Below, piece by piece: positions 10,842-21,981 of a DNA stretch of 64,000 nucleotides. Position numbers and translations under genes: made by a program. The stretch comes from an uncultured Clostridium sp. (GTDB lineage: Bacteria; Bacillota; Clostridia; TANB77; CAG-508). The notes under the pieces were generated by a model, which was not told where the DNA came from, searched no databases, and worked only from the letters and a program-made list of their open reading frames with translations. The DNA lies in NCBI GenBank assembly GCA_947653235.1, contig CANTGH010000002.1, forward strand, positions 11,155 through 75,154. The letters are read 5' to 3'. The stretch's first letter is position 1; each line of letters begins with the position of its first letter.

Positions 10842-12503
10842 ATGATAGAAATGTTTTGTTCTCAAAAAGTTAAAAATAGAATTTTTAATATAGTCGTTAT
10901 ATTAAGTATTATTTTATTTGCCATAGCAATTGCACCCAAAGTGCTACAAAATGATACTTTTTATACCATAAAAATCGGAGAATATATTACACAAAATGGG
11001 ATATCCAATTTGACAGAAGATACTTTTTCTTGGCATGAATTACCATACACATACCCACATTGGCTGTATGATTTGGGGATTTATATAATTTACCATTTTT
11101 TTGGACAAATGGGAATATATCTATCAACCATAATTTTGATAGCTATATTGGGTGGAACCATTTATTTGTCAAGTAGTCAATTTTCCAAAAATAAAATCGT
11201 ATCTTTTGTCCTAACAATCCTGACAATGTATATGCTAAAACCATATGTAGCGGCCAGAGCACAATTGATAACGTTTATCTTATTTTCACTGACAGTCTAT
11301 TTTATCCAAATGTTTTTAACAACGCATAAAAAACGTTACGCAATTGCTCTATTGATCATTCCAATCTTGATTGCTAATTTGCATTGTGCGGTTTTTCCTT
11401 TTTATTTTGTATTATTTTTACCTTATATTGTGGAATATTTGTGGCTAGTTATTTTAGATTGGGATTTAGATTATCGAATCATAGGGATATTTTTAAAAGG
11501 TATCAAAAAGCTTCCAGTTAGTCAAAAAACAAAAGAAAATTGTGATCAAAAAATAAACAATATTCCTTTTGTCATTCAGCAAAAAAGATTGAAAAGAAAA
11601 CATAGAAGGGAAAATCCGTATAAAATTGTGGTGGAAAAAAATCCGTTTGTCAAATGGTTAATACTCCTTGTAGTCATCACAGCTTTTATGGGATTTGTCA
11701 ATCCAACAGGAACAGGAGCGTATACTTATACGTATAAAATTTATCAAGGAAATACGACCAATTCAATCAACGAACATTTGCCTGTTACCTTAATTGATAG
11801 CAAAGAATATTTATGTGCTTTATGCTTATTCCTAGCCATTTTGATATTTACAGATACCAAAATAAAATTATCTGATTTATTTATGTTAGCAGGTTTGACA
11901 ACATTAAGTTTAATGTCAAGAAGGCAGATTTCGATGTTTGCAATATTTTGTGCGCCGATATTAGTAAAATTAATCGCTGCTATGTTTGAAAAATACGATA
12001 AAAACACTTGTCAAAAATTATTTCAAATAGCTACTTCTATATTAGGAGCTGTTATTATTATACTGTGTTTTTCGATTAATACGGTTCAGAAATTAAATCA
12101 TAAGAAAAACAAAACCTATATTGACAATGCAACTTATCCAGTTGAGGCAGCAGATTGGATGCTTAGTCATTTAGAAGTAGAAAAGATTAAGATTTATAAT
12201 GAATATAATTATGGAAGTTATTTACTATTTCGAGGAATTCCAGTATTTATCGATTCACGTTGTGATTTATATTCGCCAGAATTCAATGGTAATCAAGAAA
12301 AAGACATAAGTGGCAAAGATATTTTCTCAGATGCACTAGATATTGCAAGTATAGCAGTTGATTACGATAAAAAATTTGACGAATACGGTGTTACTCATGT
12401 GATTGCTTATTCTAACTCCAAATTGGTTATGCTAATGAAAGAAAATAAAGATTATCAACGCATTTACGAAGATGAACATTTTTCAATATTTGAAAGGTTA
12501 TAG
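10842..12503 (+). CDS. Large polytopic membrane protein with a C-terminal extracytoplasmic domain, possibly a GT-C-type glycosyltransferase
   Basis: 553 aa with more than ten TM helices. An extended -10 promoter lies upstream. Confidence 0.4.
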   Translation: MIEMFCSQKVKNRIFNIVVILSIILFAIAIAPKVLQNDTFYTIKIGEYITQNGISNLTEDTFSWHELPYTYPHWLYDLGIYIIYHFFGQMGIYLSTIILIAILGGTIYLSSSQFSKNKIVSFVLTILTMYMLKPYVAARAQLITFILFSLTVYFIQMFLTTHKKRYAIALLIIPILIANLHCAVFPFYFVLFLPYIVEYLWLVILDWDLDYRIIGIFLKGIKKLPVSQKTKENCDQKINNIPFVIQQKRLKRKHRRENPYKIVVEKNPFVKWLILLVVITAFMGFVNPTGTGAYTYTYKIYQGNTTNSINEHLPVTLIDSKEYLCALCLFLAILIFTDTKIKLSDLFMLAGLTTLSLMSRRQISMFAIFCAPILVKLIAAMFEKYDKNTCQKLFQIATSILGAVIIILCFSINTVQKLNHKKNKTYIDNATYPVEAADWMLSHLEVEKIKIYNEYNYGSYLLFRGIPVFIDSRCDLYSPEFNGNQEKDISGKDIFSDALDIASIAVDYDKKFDEYGVTHVIAYSNSKLVMLMKENKDYQRIYEDEHFSIFERL

Positions 12504-12509
12504 TTAAAT

Positions 12510-12986
12510 ATGTTAAAAAATAAAATGGTTAAATTGATTGCAATTCTAGGAATCGTTTTGGGCGTAATCGATCAAATCAGCAAATGGATTGTAAAAATCA
12601 AATACAAAACACCTATTGGAAATGATATATTTAGTATCACATTAGTGCAAAATACAGGAATTGCTTTTGGATGGAATCCTAACAATACAAAAAATATTGT
12701 ATTGACCTTGATTGTATTATTGGTTTTTATTCATTTTATCCGAAATCAAAAAGAGAGAATGAATATTCCCACAGCGATTACAATTGCTTTAATTTTAGCT
12801 GGTGGTTGCAGTAATTTGTTGGACAGAATAGTAAGAGGTGGGGTAATCGATTTTATCCAAATTAGCAATTTTCCGATATTTAATATAGCGGATTGTTATA
12901 TTGTGATAGGCTGGATTTTATTGATTGTATTTTTTATAAAAAATAATAAAGAAATGGTTGGTGAAAAAGATTGCGAGAAACAGTAA
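12510..12986 (+). CDS. lspA: Lipoprotein signal peptidase II
   Basis: FGWNPNNTKN and FNIADCYIVIGW motifs, four TM segments. Confidence 0.85.
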   Translation: MLKNKMVKLIAILGIVLGVIDQISKWIVKIKYKTPIGNDIFSITLVQNTGIAFGWNPNNTKNIVLTLIVLLVFIHFIRNQKERMNIPTAITIALILAGGCSNLLDRIVRGGVIDFIQISNFPIFNIADCYIVIGWILLIVFFIKNNKEMVGEKDCEKQ

Positions 12987-13726
12987 AAATATTAGGCGTA
13001 GAAATTGATCATATAACAGTTGAGGAAGCTGGTCAAATAACAAAAAATTTAATTGAAAAAAGCAACAAAACTTGTCAATTAATCGTTGCACCCAATGTGG
13101 AATTTATTATGAGAGCACAAAAAGACAAAGAATTTTTTGAAATTCTAAATTCAGCCAAACTTGCTACACCAGATAGTATTGGTATACAAATAGCTGCCAA
13201 ACTTCAGAAAAAACCATTAAAACAACGAATTCCAGGACAGGCCTATTTTAGAAAAGTGTTAGAAGTGGGAGAAAAAGAAGGCTGGACCTTTTATTTTCTA
13301 GGTGGAAAGGGAGATACAGTGCAAAAAGCCATTCAAAATATAAAAAAAATGTATCCGAATTTAAAAGTAGCAGGTTTTCACGAAGGATTTTTTGAAACAG
13401 CAACCGAAGAAACAATTTTAGCAGAAATTAATCAGAAAAAGCCGAATGTTCTCTTTGTTGCAATGGGAGCACCAGCTCAAGAAAAATGGATTTATAGGCA
13501 TAAACAAGAACTAAAAGTAGATGTTGCAGCAGGACAAGGGGGAACCTTTGATTATGAAGCAGGCAATATAAAAAGAGCACCTCAATGGATTCAAAAATGT
13601 GGAATAGAATGGTTATGGCGTTTAATTCTTCAGCCCAGCAGAATTAAACGAATGATAGTATTACCAGCTTATTTAATTAAAATTATAATCACAAAAGATA
13701 TGACAAAAGGAAAATGGAATTCATAA
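12971..13726 (+). CDS. tagA: WecB/TagA/CpsF-family glycosyltransferase (N-acetylmannosaminyltransferase-like)
   Basis: ILGVEID...ITVEEA N-terminus and family-typical length. TTG start overlapping the lspA stop. Confidence 0.75.
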   Translation: MRETVKILGVEIDHITVEEAGQITKNLIEKSNKTCQLIVAPNVEFIMRAQKDKEFFEILNSAKLATPDSIGIQIAAKLQKKPLKQRIPGQAYFRKVLEVGEKEGWTFYFLGGKGDTVQKAIQNIKKMYPNLKVAGFHEGFFETATEETILAEINQKKPNVLFVAMGAPAQEKWIYRHKQELKVDVAAGQGGTFDYEAGNIKRAPQWIQKCGIEWLWRLILQPSRIKRMIVLPAYLIKIIITKDMTKGKWNS

Positions 13727-13741
13727 AGGAGAAAAGTCGAT

Positions 13742-14653
13742 ATGAAAAAATATCAAATAACACCAGAATTTGCTGGCTTAAGATTAGATAAGATATTGAC
13801 AAAGCAAGAAAAAGAATTATCAAGAGCGACAATTCAACGTCTTATTCAAAACGAAAAAATCATGGTAAATGGGCAAAAAGTCAAAGCTTCTTATAAAACG
13901 CAAACAGGAGATGAAATTATCATACAAAAAGAAGAACCCAAAGAAACAAAATTGCAACCAGAAAATATTCCACTAATGATTGTTTATGAAGATAACGATA
14001 TTTTAGTTGTCAATAAACAAAAAGGTTTAGTGGTTCATCCAGGAAATGGAAATCCAAATGGAACGCTTGCCAATGCTGTTATGGCACATTGCAAGAAAAG
14101 TCTTTCTGGGATTGGCGGAGAAATTAGACCAGGAATTGTTCATCGAATTGATAAAGATACTTCAGGTTTGTTAATTATCGCTAAAAACGATAAAGCACAC
14201 ATCAACATGAGTGAACAAATCAAAAATCATGAAGTGAAAAAAACGTATCTAGCATTAGTCAGAGGAAAAACGAAAGAAAATAAAGCAACCATTGATATGC
14301 CAATTGCAAGAAGTAGGAAAGAAAGAACCAAAATGGCAGTGTCCAAACAAGGGAAAAGAGCCATAACCCATATTACGGCAATCGAGAAATTTGACGATTT
14401 TACATTATTAGAAGTAGTGATTGAAACAGGAAGAACACACCAAATCAGAGTGCATTTAGCACAAATTGGTTATCCAATTGTGGGGGATTGTGTATATTCG
14501 AATGGAAAAAATCCGTTTGATGTCAAAGGACAAATGTTACATAGTAGCCAATTAGAGTTTTGTCATCCAATCACAGGAGAAAAGATGCAATTAAAAGCTG
14601 ATTTACCAACATATTTTGAAGCAATTTTACAAAAATTACGTGGAAAAGGTTAA
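13742..14653 (+). CDS. rluD: 23S rRNA pseudouridine synthase, RluA family (RluD-like, with S4 domain)
   Basis: S4-like N-terminus and the HRIDKDTSGLL catalytic motif. Confidence 0.85.
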   Translation: MKKYQITPEFAGLRLDKILTKQEKELSRATIQRLIQNEKIMVNGQKVKASYKTQTGDEIIIQKEEPKETKLQPENIPLMIVYEDNDILVVNKQKGLVVHPGNGNPNGTLANAVMAHCKKSLSGIGGEIRPGIVHRIDKDTSGLLIIAKNDKAHINMSEQIKNHEVKKTYLALVRGKTKENKATIDMPIARSRKERTKMAVSKQGKRAITHITAIEKFDDFTLLEVVIETGRTHQIRVHLAQIGYPIVGDCVYSNGKNPFDVKGQMLHSSQLEFCHPITGEKMQLKADLPTYFEAILQKLRGKG

Positions 14654-14715
14654 AAAAACGGCTACTACTGTTGATTTACAGCAGTAGACACTTGACGTTT
14701 TGCTTAAAATATGCC

Positions 14716-15579
14716 TTAGTCATCATTTTGGTGATGATAAAAATAATCAGCAATTGCTTGAAATTGTTCTAGACTTAATTTTTCTCCACGAATTTTTACA
14801 TCGATACAAAGCTCAGAAAGCATTTTTTCTAAAAAATCACGACTCCCTAAATTTCCCAAAAGAAAAGCATTTACAAGGGTTTTTCTTTTTTGGAGAAAAG
14901 CTAATTTAATCAGTTTAAAAAACAGTGTTTCATCCAAAGGCGAAACAGGAGGTGTATTGAGTATTTTTAATGAAATAACAGCCGAGTCGACTTTGGGACT
15001 AGGCAGAAAACAAGTACGAGGAACATCGATGACCAAACTTGGTTGGGTATAATAATGAATGGTATAAGTTATACTACCAGAATTTTTGTTACCAGGTGTT
15101 TGTGTCAAACGTTCTGCGACTTCTTTTTGTACCATAACAGTTATGGTTTGAAAAGGTAATTTTTCTTCTAATAATTTCATGATAATCGGTGTGGTAATAT
15201 AATAGGGTAAGTTGGCTACTACTTTGAAAGAAGAATAGTTTTTCGAGTGTTCCTTTAAAATGGTATGTAAATCAACTTTTAAAATATCATCGTGAAGTAA
15301 TTCAAAATTGTCGTATAAAGCAAAGCGATCTTTTAAAATAGTGACCATTTTAGGGTCAAGCTCGATACAAATGACTTTTCCAGCTTTTTCTAATAAGCTA
15401 GAAGTAAGAGTACCAAGTCCAGGACCGATTTCAAGGATGCAATCTTTTTTTGAAATAGTAGCTGTTTTTACAATAGAATCGACAATGGTTTGGTCAATTA
15501 AAAAATTTTGTCCATAATTTTTATTGGCACAAATGTGATATTTTTTTAAGATAAATTTTGTTTCTTGTTCTAAATTCAT
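14716..15579 (-). CDS. rsmA: 16S rRNA (adenine1518/1519-N6)-dimethyltransferase
   Basis: GQNFLID and EIGPGLGTLT SAM-binding motifs. A terminator hairpin at about 14665-14700 is shared with rluD. Confidence 0.9.
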   Translation of the reverse strand: MNLEQETKFILKKYHICANKNYGQNFLIDQTIVDSIVKTATISKKDCILEIGPGLGTLTSSLLEKAGKVICIELDPKMVTILKDRFALYDNFELLHDDILKVDLHTILKEHSKNYSSFKVVANLPYYITTPIIMKLLEEKLPFQTITVMVQKEVAERLTQTPGNKNSGSITYTIHYYTQPSLVIDVPRTCFLPSPKVDSAVISLKILNTPPVSPLDETLFFKLIKLAFLQKRKTLVNAFLLGNLGSRDFLEKMLSELCIDVKIRGEKLSLEQFQAIADYFYHHQNDD

Positions 15580-15707
15580 AAAAAACTCCTTTTTATGATT
15601 ATACTACAAGGAAAGAAAAATAGCAAATTTTATGAAAAAGAATAATAAGTATTGTACAAATAAATAACATATGGTAAAATGAAAACAATAAAAAAAGAGG
15701 AGAAAAA

Positions 15708-16262
15708 ATGAGGGAAGAATTTTTGGAATTATTAAAGACTATTAAACGTGAAGGAATGGATAAATTAATCGAATTTATAGAAAAATCAGATTTTTTTAAA
15801 GCACCTGCTAGTACAAGATATCATGGGGCATATGAAGGTGGTTTGTTGGAACATAGTATGAAAGTATATGAAATCTTACAAGCAAAAGTAAAAAGTTCTG
15901 TGATTGAAATGGATGTGTCAGAAGAAACATTGATTATCATTGCATTATTGCATGATATTTGCAAAGTAAATTTTTATAAAGTCGATTATAGAAATGCTAA
16001 AAATGCTTTTGGAGAATGGGAAAAAGTACCGTATTATACGGTAGAAGATACCATTCCATATGGGCATGGTGAAAAAAGTGTCATGATGATTACAGAATAT
16101 GTAAAATTAACAGTAGAAGAAAAATATTGTATTCGTTGGCATATGGGTTTTACAGAACCTAAAGAAAGTTATGGAACATTAGGACAAGCATTCAAAAAAT
16201 TTCCGCTTGCTTTATTATTGCATGAGGCTGATTTAGAAGCAACTTACTTTTTTGATGTATAG
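15708..16262 (+). CDS. HD-domain phosphohydrolase
   Basis: H...HD motif (LLHDICK) in a 184-aa protein. Confidence 0.65.
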   Translation: MREEFLELLKTIKREGMDKLIEFIEKSDFFKAPASTRYHGAYEGGLLEHSMKVYEILQAKVKSSVIEMDVSEETLIIIALLHDICKVNFYKVDYRNAKNAFGEWEKVPYYTVEDTIPYGHGEKSVMMITEYVKLTVEEKYCIRWHMGFTEPKESYGTLGQAFKKFPLALLLHEADLEATYFFDV

Positions 16263-16315
16263 TATGGCGATTCAAAATGTAAATATACAATAAAATACTA
16301 GAGGAGGGAGAAGTT

Positions 16316-17047
16316 TTGAGGAATTTATATGAATTGTTCAAAGTAGAAGAAGATGCAACACCAGAGCAAATCACACAAGCTTATCATCGTTTATTGGCAA
16401 AATCTGAATCCCTACCTCAAACAGAAAATTTAAAAGAGCAAATCGGAAGAATAAAAATTGCTTATGGTATTTTATCTAATCCAGAAAAACGCAAAAAATA
16501 CGATTTGGATTTTGCAACACAAAAAGCTAAAAAATTATTAGAAGAGCTACCAATAAAAGAGGAAGAAAACAAACCAGAAGAAAAAACAAGCAATACTAAC
16601 TCGACTATAACAGATGAGACGAAAATGAAACAGACAATTGCCAAACAAATCGATGCTATCATGGAGGTTTGTAACGATCAAACAAAGCAATATGAAAAAC
16701 AGCAAAAAACCATAGAAAAGCAGCAAAAAAAGTATCTTAGACAAGAACAAAGAAACCAAAAAAAACAAAAACAACTCAAAAGAGAAATGGAAATTCAAGC
16801 CTATGGAAGATATTTGGAACAACAGGGCTACCAAGTAAAATATCCCTGGACATGGCTTAGAGTAAAACGATTATTGTTAGCTATTTTTGTACTTTTGATA
16901 AGTGGTTTTATAATATGGCAAATTCCATTTATTAGAAAACAAATTATGGATTTATATCAACAAAATTTTTTAATTAAAGTTTTTATAGACAGCATAGTCT
17001 CAATATTCACAGGGATAATAGATAGCATAAAATCTATTTTCCAATAG
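16316..17047 (+). CDS. DnaJ-like (J-domain-like, HPD motif absent) protein with a charged linker and a C-terminal TM
   Basis: N-terminal YELFKV...YHRLLAK...KRKKYD resembles a J domain. Lys/Gln-rich middle and hydrophobic C-terminus. TTG start after GGAGGG. Confidence 0.4.
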   Translation: MRNLYELFKVEEDATPEQITQAYHRLLAKSESLPQTENLKEQIGRIKIAYGILSNPEKRKKYDLDFATQKAKKLLEELPIKEEENKPEEKTSNTNSTITDETKMKQTIAKQIDAIMEVCNDQTKQYEKQQKTIEKQQKKYLRQEQRNQKKQKQLKREMEIQAYGRYLEQQGYQVKYPWTWLRVKRLLLAIFVLLISGFIIWQIPFIRKQIMDLYQQNFLIKVFIDSIVSIFTGIIDSIKSIFQ

Positions 17048-17055
17048 AAAAAACG

Positions 17056-19300
17056 GTGGTGATAAAAATAAAAAAGAAAAAAGATAAAGTAAAAAAAAGT
17101 AAAGATAAAAAAAGTACAATCCGAAAATTATTAGTAACAGGACTGGTATCGACTTTTTGTTTTTTAGGGATAACCGCTAACTTAGCTAGGATTTTAATTG
17201 TGCATGGTCAAGAATATAGTGAAGCAGCTTACAATCGACAGATGAAAAATCAGATTTTAAGCCCCAAAAGAGGAAAAATTTATGATGTCAATGGAAATGT
17301 ATTGGCGATGAATATTGGGGTTGATACAATTTCACTAAACCCTGGAAAAGTATGTTATGCAAGTAAAAAACAGGTAGAAAATGAATTTGTTGCACAAGGA
17401 TTAGCTGAAATTTTGGAATTGGATTATAACGAAGTGTTACAAAAAGTTAGTGCGAAATCATCAGTTGTGGTAATTGCCAAAAAAGTCAGTGAAGAAAAAG
17501 CCGATAAACTAAAAGAATGGATGATAGATAATAAAATCACCAAAGGCATTAATATTGACGAAGATACCAAACGCTATTATCCTTACAACAACGTAGCTTC
17601 TAATTTAATTGGAATTTGTCGAGACGACAATAGTGGAATGATTGGTCTAGAGGATCGTTGGAATCATACTTTAACTGGAACTGCTGGAAAAATAGTAACA
17701 GCACAAGATGTCAATGAAAAACCAATTTCCGATGAAACAGAACAATATGTTCCAGTCGAAAATGGAAGCAATCTTTATTTGACAGTGGATATTGCTATTC
17801 AGCAAATTGCCGAAAAATATTTAAAACAAGGTGTAGAAGAAAATGCCTGCGAAGGCGGTCGGAAGTGTAATTGTGATGAACCCTCAAAATGGTGAAGTTT
17901 TAGCAATGGCAACTTATCCAGATTATAATTTGAACGATCCATTTGCCGTTGAACGAACAGGTCAAGCACAAGTTTGGGATACATTGACAACAGATGAGAA
18001 AAATACTGCCTATAACAAAGTTTGGCTCAATAAATCGGTTTCTCAACTATATGAACCAGGTTCTACCTTTAAAATTATTACAGCAGCAGTTGCCTTAGAG
18101 GAAAATATTGTACAGACAGATACGGAAGGGGACTTTATGTGTACAGGTTCTTATCAAGTGGAAGATTATAATATTCATTGTTGGAGAGCTGAACCACATG
18201 GTTCTCAGAACTTAAGACGAGCCTTATGCAATTCTTGCAATCCAGCGTTTATGCAATTAGGGCAACGAATTGGACCAAATACATTATATAAATATTATGA
18301 AGCACTTGGTTTATTTGATTTAATTGGAAGTGATATTGCTAAACCATATAATTCTGTATTTCATAAATTGCAAAATGTCGGAAAAGTAGAACTTGCTACG
18401 ATTTCTTTTGGACAAAGATTTGAAATTTCCCCTTTACAATTAATAACGGCAGTATCTTGCATTGTCAATGATGGAAAATTGATTGAACCTAAAATTGTAA
18501 AACAAATTGAAAATGCTGATACAGGTGTCATTGAAGTACAACAAAATAAAGAAATTAGGCAAGTAGTTTCAAAACAGACTTCTGAAAAAATAAAAGATAT
18601 GATGCAATCGGTTGTTGTAGAAGGTACAGGAAGACATGCGGCTGTAGAAGGCTATACAATAGGAGGAAAAAGTGGAACATCAGAGCCAATGTCAGGAAAT
18701 GAAGAAGAGGGGTATGTGGCTTCCTTTATTGCAATTTCCCCAATTGAAAACACGGAAGTAGTTGTTTTAGTAGTTTTGTATGATCCAGATCAAAATAAGA
18801 GTTATCAAGGAGGACAAACAGCAGGGCCAGTAGCTGCTCATATTATGGCAGAAGTGTTGCCTTATTTGGGAATTAATAAAGATGGTGAAAATGTAACAAC
18901 GCAAGAAAAGTCAGCTGTAACAGTTCCAAATGTATCTTCTAAAACAGTTGCTTCTGCCAAACAAATTTTAGGAGAATATGGTTTTGAGGTAAAGTTTAAT
19001 ATTACACAAAATGAAAATACAAGTATCGTAACAGACCAAATGCCAAAATCAGGTGCATATTTAGAAAAAGGATCGGATGTTTATTTATATACCGCAGAAA
19101 ATGATAATCGCTTCTCCATTCAAGTGCCAACTTTAACAGGACTTACAATGGAGGAAGCAAGACAAAAATTAAAAGAAAATAAATTAAATATGAAAGTGGA
19201 AGGTCAAGAAGGCGTTGTTGTGGCACAAGAGCCAACAGCAGATAAATCAGTTGAAGAAGGAACAATTGTAGATATTGTTCTACAAGAAGATGAGTCATAA
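17056..19300 (+). CDS. Class B penicillin-binding protein (FtsI/SpoVD-like) with C-terminal PASTA domains. Two ORF pieces are joined by a +1 shift at in-frame CGG 17860-17862.
   Basis: Dimerisation domain, then the SxxK/SxN/KTG transpeptidase domain, then two PASTA repeats. Skipping C17860 gives ...ACEGG-G-SVIVMNPQNGEVLAM. Confidence 0.75.
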
Positions 19301-19341
19301 TTATTAAAGGGAAACATATAATTTACCGAAGAGGTGATGAT

Positions 19342-20149
19342 ATGTTTTCTTTTTCTAAAATGCAAGCAACAGGCAATGATTTTGTTATCATAGATTGTAT
19401 AGACAATAAATTTGAATATAGTTTGCCTGTGCTTGCTGAGTTTGTATGTAATCGACATTATGGAGTAGGGGCCGATGGTGCAATTTTAATGGATAAAAGT
19501 GAAATCGCGGATTTCAAAATGAGAATTTTCAATCATGATGGGACAGAGGCTCAAATGTGTGGGAATGGAATTCGCTGTTTGGCCAAATATGTATTTGAAA
19601 AAGGAAAAACTGACAAAACTCAGTTTTCAATTGAAACATTAGCAGGTGTGAAAAAAGTCGAGTTGGAATTAGAAAATCAAAAAGTGATTTCTGTAAAAGT
19701 AAATATGGGAGAACCAGAAATTGAGAATTTAAAGTATGTGATTGAAATCGAAGGGAAACAATACCAAATCTATCCCATAGTTATAGGAAATCCGCATGCG
19801 GTTTGTTTTGTAAAAGGAGTAGATCGATTTGACGTTGAAAAGATTGGACCGATTTTAGAGAATTATAAATATTTTCCTAATAAAACAAATGTCGAATTTG
19901 TAGAAATTTTGGATGAGAACAATATAAAGGTAAGGGTTTGGGAAAGGGGTGTTGGTGAGACTAAAAGTTGTGGAACAGGTGCTTGTGCAAGTAGTATGAT
20001 TGCAATTCATGAAAAGTGGCTTGCAAATGATGTAACCGTTCATTTAAAACGGTGGAAATTTAAGCGTTCATTATTGTAAATCAGACGATATTTTAGAATT
20101 AATAGGACCTGCTGAGTTCGTATTTGAAGGGGAAATTAGGATGATGTAG
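19342..20149 (+). CDS. dapF: Diaminopimelate epimerase. The C-terminus is reached via a +1 shift at in-frame CGG 20050-20052.
   Basis: GNDFVII, CGNGIRC and SCGTGACAS catalytic Cys motifs. Skipping C20050 gives VHLK-G-GNLSVHYCKSDDILELIGPAEFVFEGEI. Confidence 0.8.
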
Positions 20150-20170
20150 AAATTACAAAAACTTACAAAC

Positions 20171-20199
20171 TTGACATAATTTTAAAAATATGATATAAT
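20171..20199 (+). promoter_or_regulatory. Consensus sigma-A promoter TTGACA-17-TATAAT upstream of ftsE
   Basis: Perfect hexamers with 17-nt spacing, followed by the conserved aaaag..gggg motif. Confidence 0.5.
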
Positions 20200-20406
20200 A
20201 AAAGTTAGGGGATTTGTTTGGGAAATAACGAAAAAAGTTATTTCCTTTTTTTATTTAAAAAATTTTTAAATAAAAAAAGGAAAATTGAGAAAATAGAAGA
20301 AAATCATAAAAAAATATCAAAAAAAGGCAAAATATAGTATTGCATTTATTTTAATTTATTGATATGATAGATATGTATTATACAAATCGAAAAGGGAAAT
20401 TTTAGA

Positions 20407-21093
20407 ATGATTGAATTTAAAAATGTAAGTAAATTATATGATACTGGAACAGAGGCTGTTCATGATGCTACGTTTTCTATTGATAAAGGGGAATTTGCCT
20501 TTTTAGTAGGAACTTCTGGTTCAGGAAAATCAACCTTAATAAAATTGATTCTGAAAGAAGAGGAAGTCTCACAAGGAAATATCATCATCAATGGAAAGGA
20601 CATTACTTTTTTAAAAGCCAGAAGAGTACCTTATTTACGCAGAAGTATGGGCGTTGTTTTTCAAGATTTTAGATTGTTACCAGACAAAACGGTTTATGAG
20701 AATGTGGCATTTGCCATGTATATTGTCAAAGCCACGCCAAAACATATTCGAAGACAAGTTCCAATGGTCTTATCTTTGGTAGGATTAAGCAATAAAGCCA
20801 AAATGTATCCTCATGAATTATCTGGTGGCGAGCAACAAAGAGTTGCATTAGCACGTGCTTTAGTCAACAATCCATCGATGATTATTGCAGACGAGCCAAC
20901 TGGAAATCTTGATCCAGAAACCGCATGGGATATCATGAATTTATTAAATGAAATTAATGCCAGAGGAACAACCGTTGTAATGGCAACACACGCAAAAGAT
21001 ATTGTTGATAAAATGAAAAAAAGAGTAATTGAAATTAGTGATGGCGTGATTGTTAGAGATGATAAAAAAGGTGGGTATGATAGTGGGAAGTAA
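20407..21093 (+). CDS. ftsE: Cell division ATP-binding protein FtsE
   Basis: Walker A GTSGSGKST, ABC signature LSGGEQQR, Walker B. Confidence 0.9.
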   Translation: MIEFKNVSKLYDTGTEAVHDATFSIDKGEFAFLVGTSGSGKSTLIKLILKEEEVSQGNIIINGKDITFLKARRVPYLRRSMGVVFQDFRLLPDKTVYENVAFAMYIVKATPKHIRRQVPMVLSLVGLSNKAKMYPHELSGGEQQRVALARALVNNPSMIIADEPTGNLDPETAWDIMNLLNEINARGTTVVMATHAKDIVDKMKKRVIEISDGVIVRDDKKGGYDSGK

Positions 21094-21976
21094 TTATTTA
21101 ATCCGAGAAGGTATCAAAAATGTTTTCAAAAATAAAAAAGCTACGATGATATCATTAGTGACAATGATTTGTACCATGTTTTTATTTGGCACGTTTTTTA
21201 CGATTGGTGAAAATGTCAATAGTGTATTAGAGCAAGTCCAAAAAAAGCAAGGAATGGAGGTTTTTATTGAAAATGAAGCAACCGATGAACAAATCAGTCA
21301 ATTAGAAGAACAAATAAAAGCTTTGGAAGGCATTAATACAGTCACTTTTAAAAGCAAACAAGAAGCTTTAGATTTGATGAAGGAAAATTTAAAAGATAAT
21401 CAGGAATTATTAGAAGGATATGAAGGCGAAAATAATATTTTTCCAGCTTCTTTTGTTGTCACACTAACAGATTTAACAGTTGCCATGGATGTGGAAGCCA
21501 AAGTCAGTACAATGGCAAATGTCAAGAAAATCACAAGTAATAATGAAACTATTATTGCTTTGATCAATATTGCAAACGGTTTTAAAATTGCCATTGGTGT
21601 AATTTTTGGATTTTTATTGGTGGTTTCTATTACCATTATTGCTAATACCATTCGATTAACAGTATTTGCTCGTCGAAAAGAAATTTCGATTATGAAGTAT
21701 GTTGGGGCAACCAATCGATTTATTCGTTTACCATTTGTGATTGAAGGAATTTTGATTGGTGTTTTAGCAGCAGGACTTACGATTTTAATGATTGGTGGTA
21801 TTTATAATGCTGTCATTCAATGGGTAGAGCAAACAAATGTATTACAATCGATTGGTGTTACTTTATTGCAATTTTCAGATATTGTAAAACTAATTGCTGG
21901 TGTCTATTTATTATTAGGAATTGGAGTTGGTGTGATGGGAAGTTCGATATCCATGAAAAAATATTTGGAGGTTTAA
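21077..21976 (+). CDS. ftsX: Cell division permease FtsX
   Basis: FtsX topology with four TM segments. Overlaps the ftsE end. RBS AAGGTGG before ATG 21077. Confidence 0.8.
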   Translation: MIVGSNYLIREGIKNVFKNKKATMISLVTMICTMFLFGTFFTIGENVNSVLEQVQKKQGMEVFIENEATDEQISQLEEQIKALEGINTVTFKSKQEALDLMKENLKDNQELLEGYEGENNIFPASFVVTLTDLTVAMDVEAKVSTMANVKKITSNNETIIALINIANGFKIAIGVIFGFLLVVSITIIANTIRLTVFARRKEISIMKYVGATNRFIRLPFVIEGILIGVLAAGLTILMIGGIYNAVIQWVEQTNVLQSIGVTLLQFSDIVKLIAGVYLLLGIGVGVMGSSISMKKYLEV

Positions 21977-21981
21977 AAATT

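Noticed and set aside
14700-14909. 69-aa plus-strand ORF
   Set aside because: It lies entirely antisense within the 3' end of rsmA (ksgA) and has no RBS.
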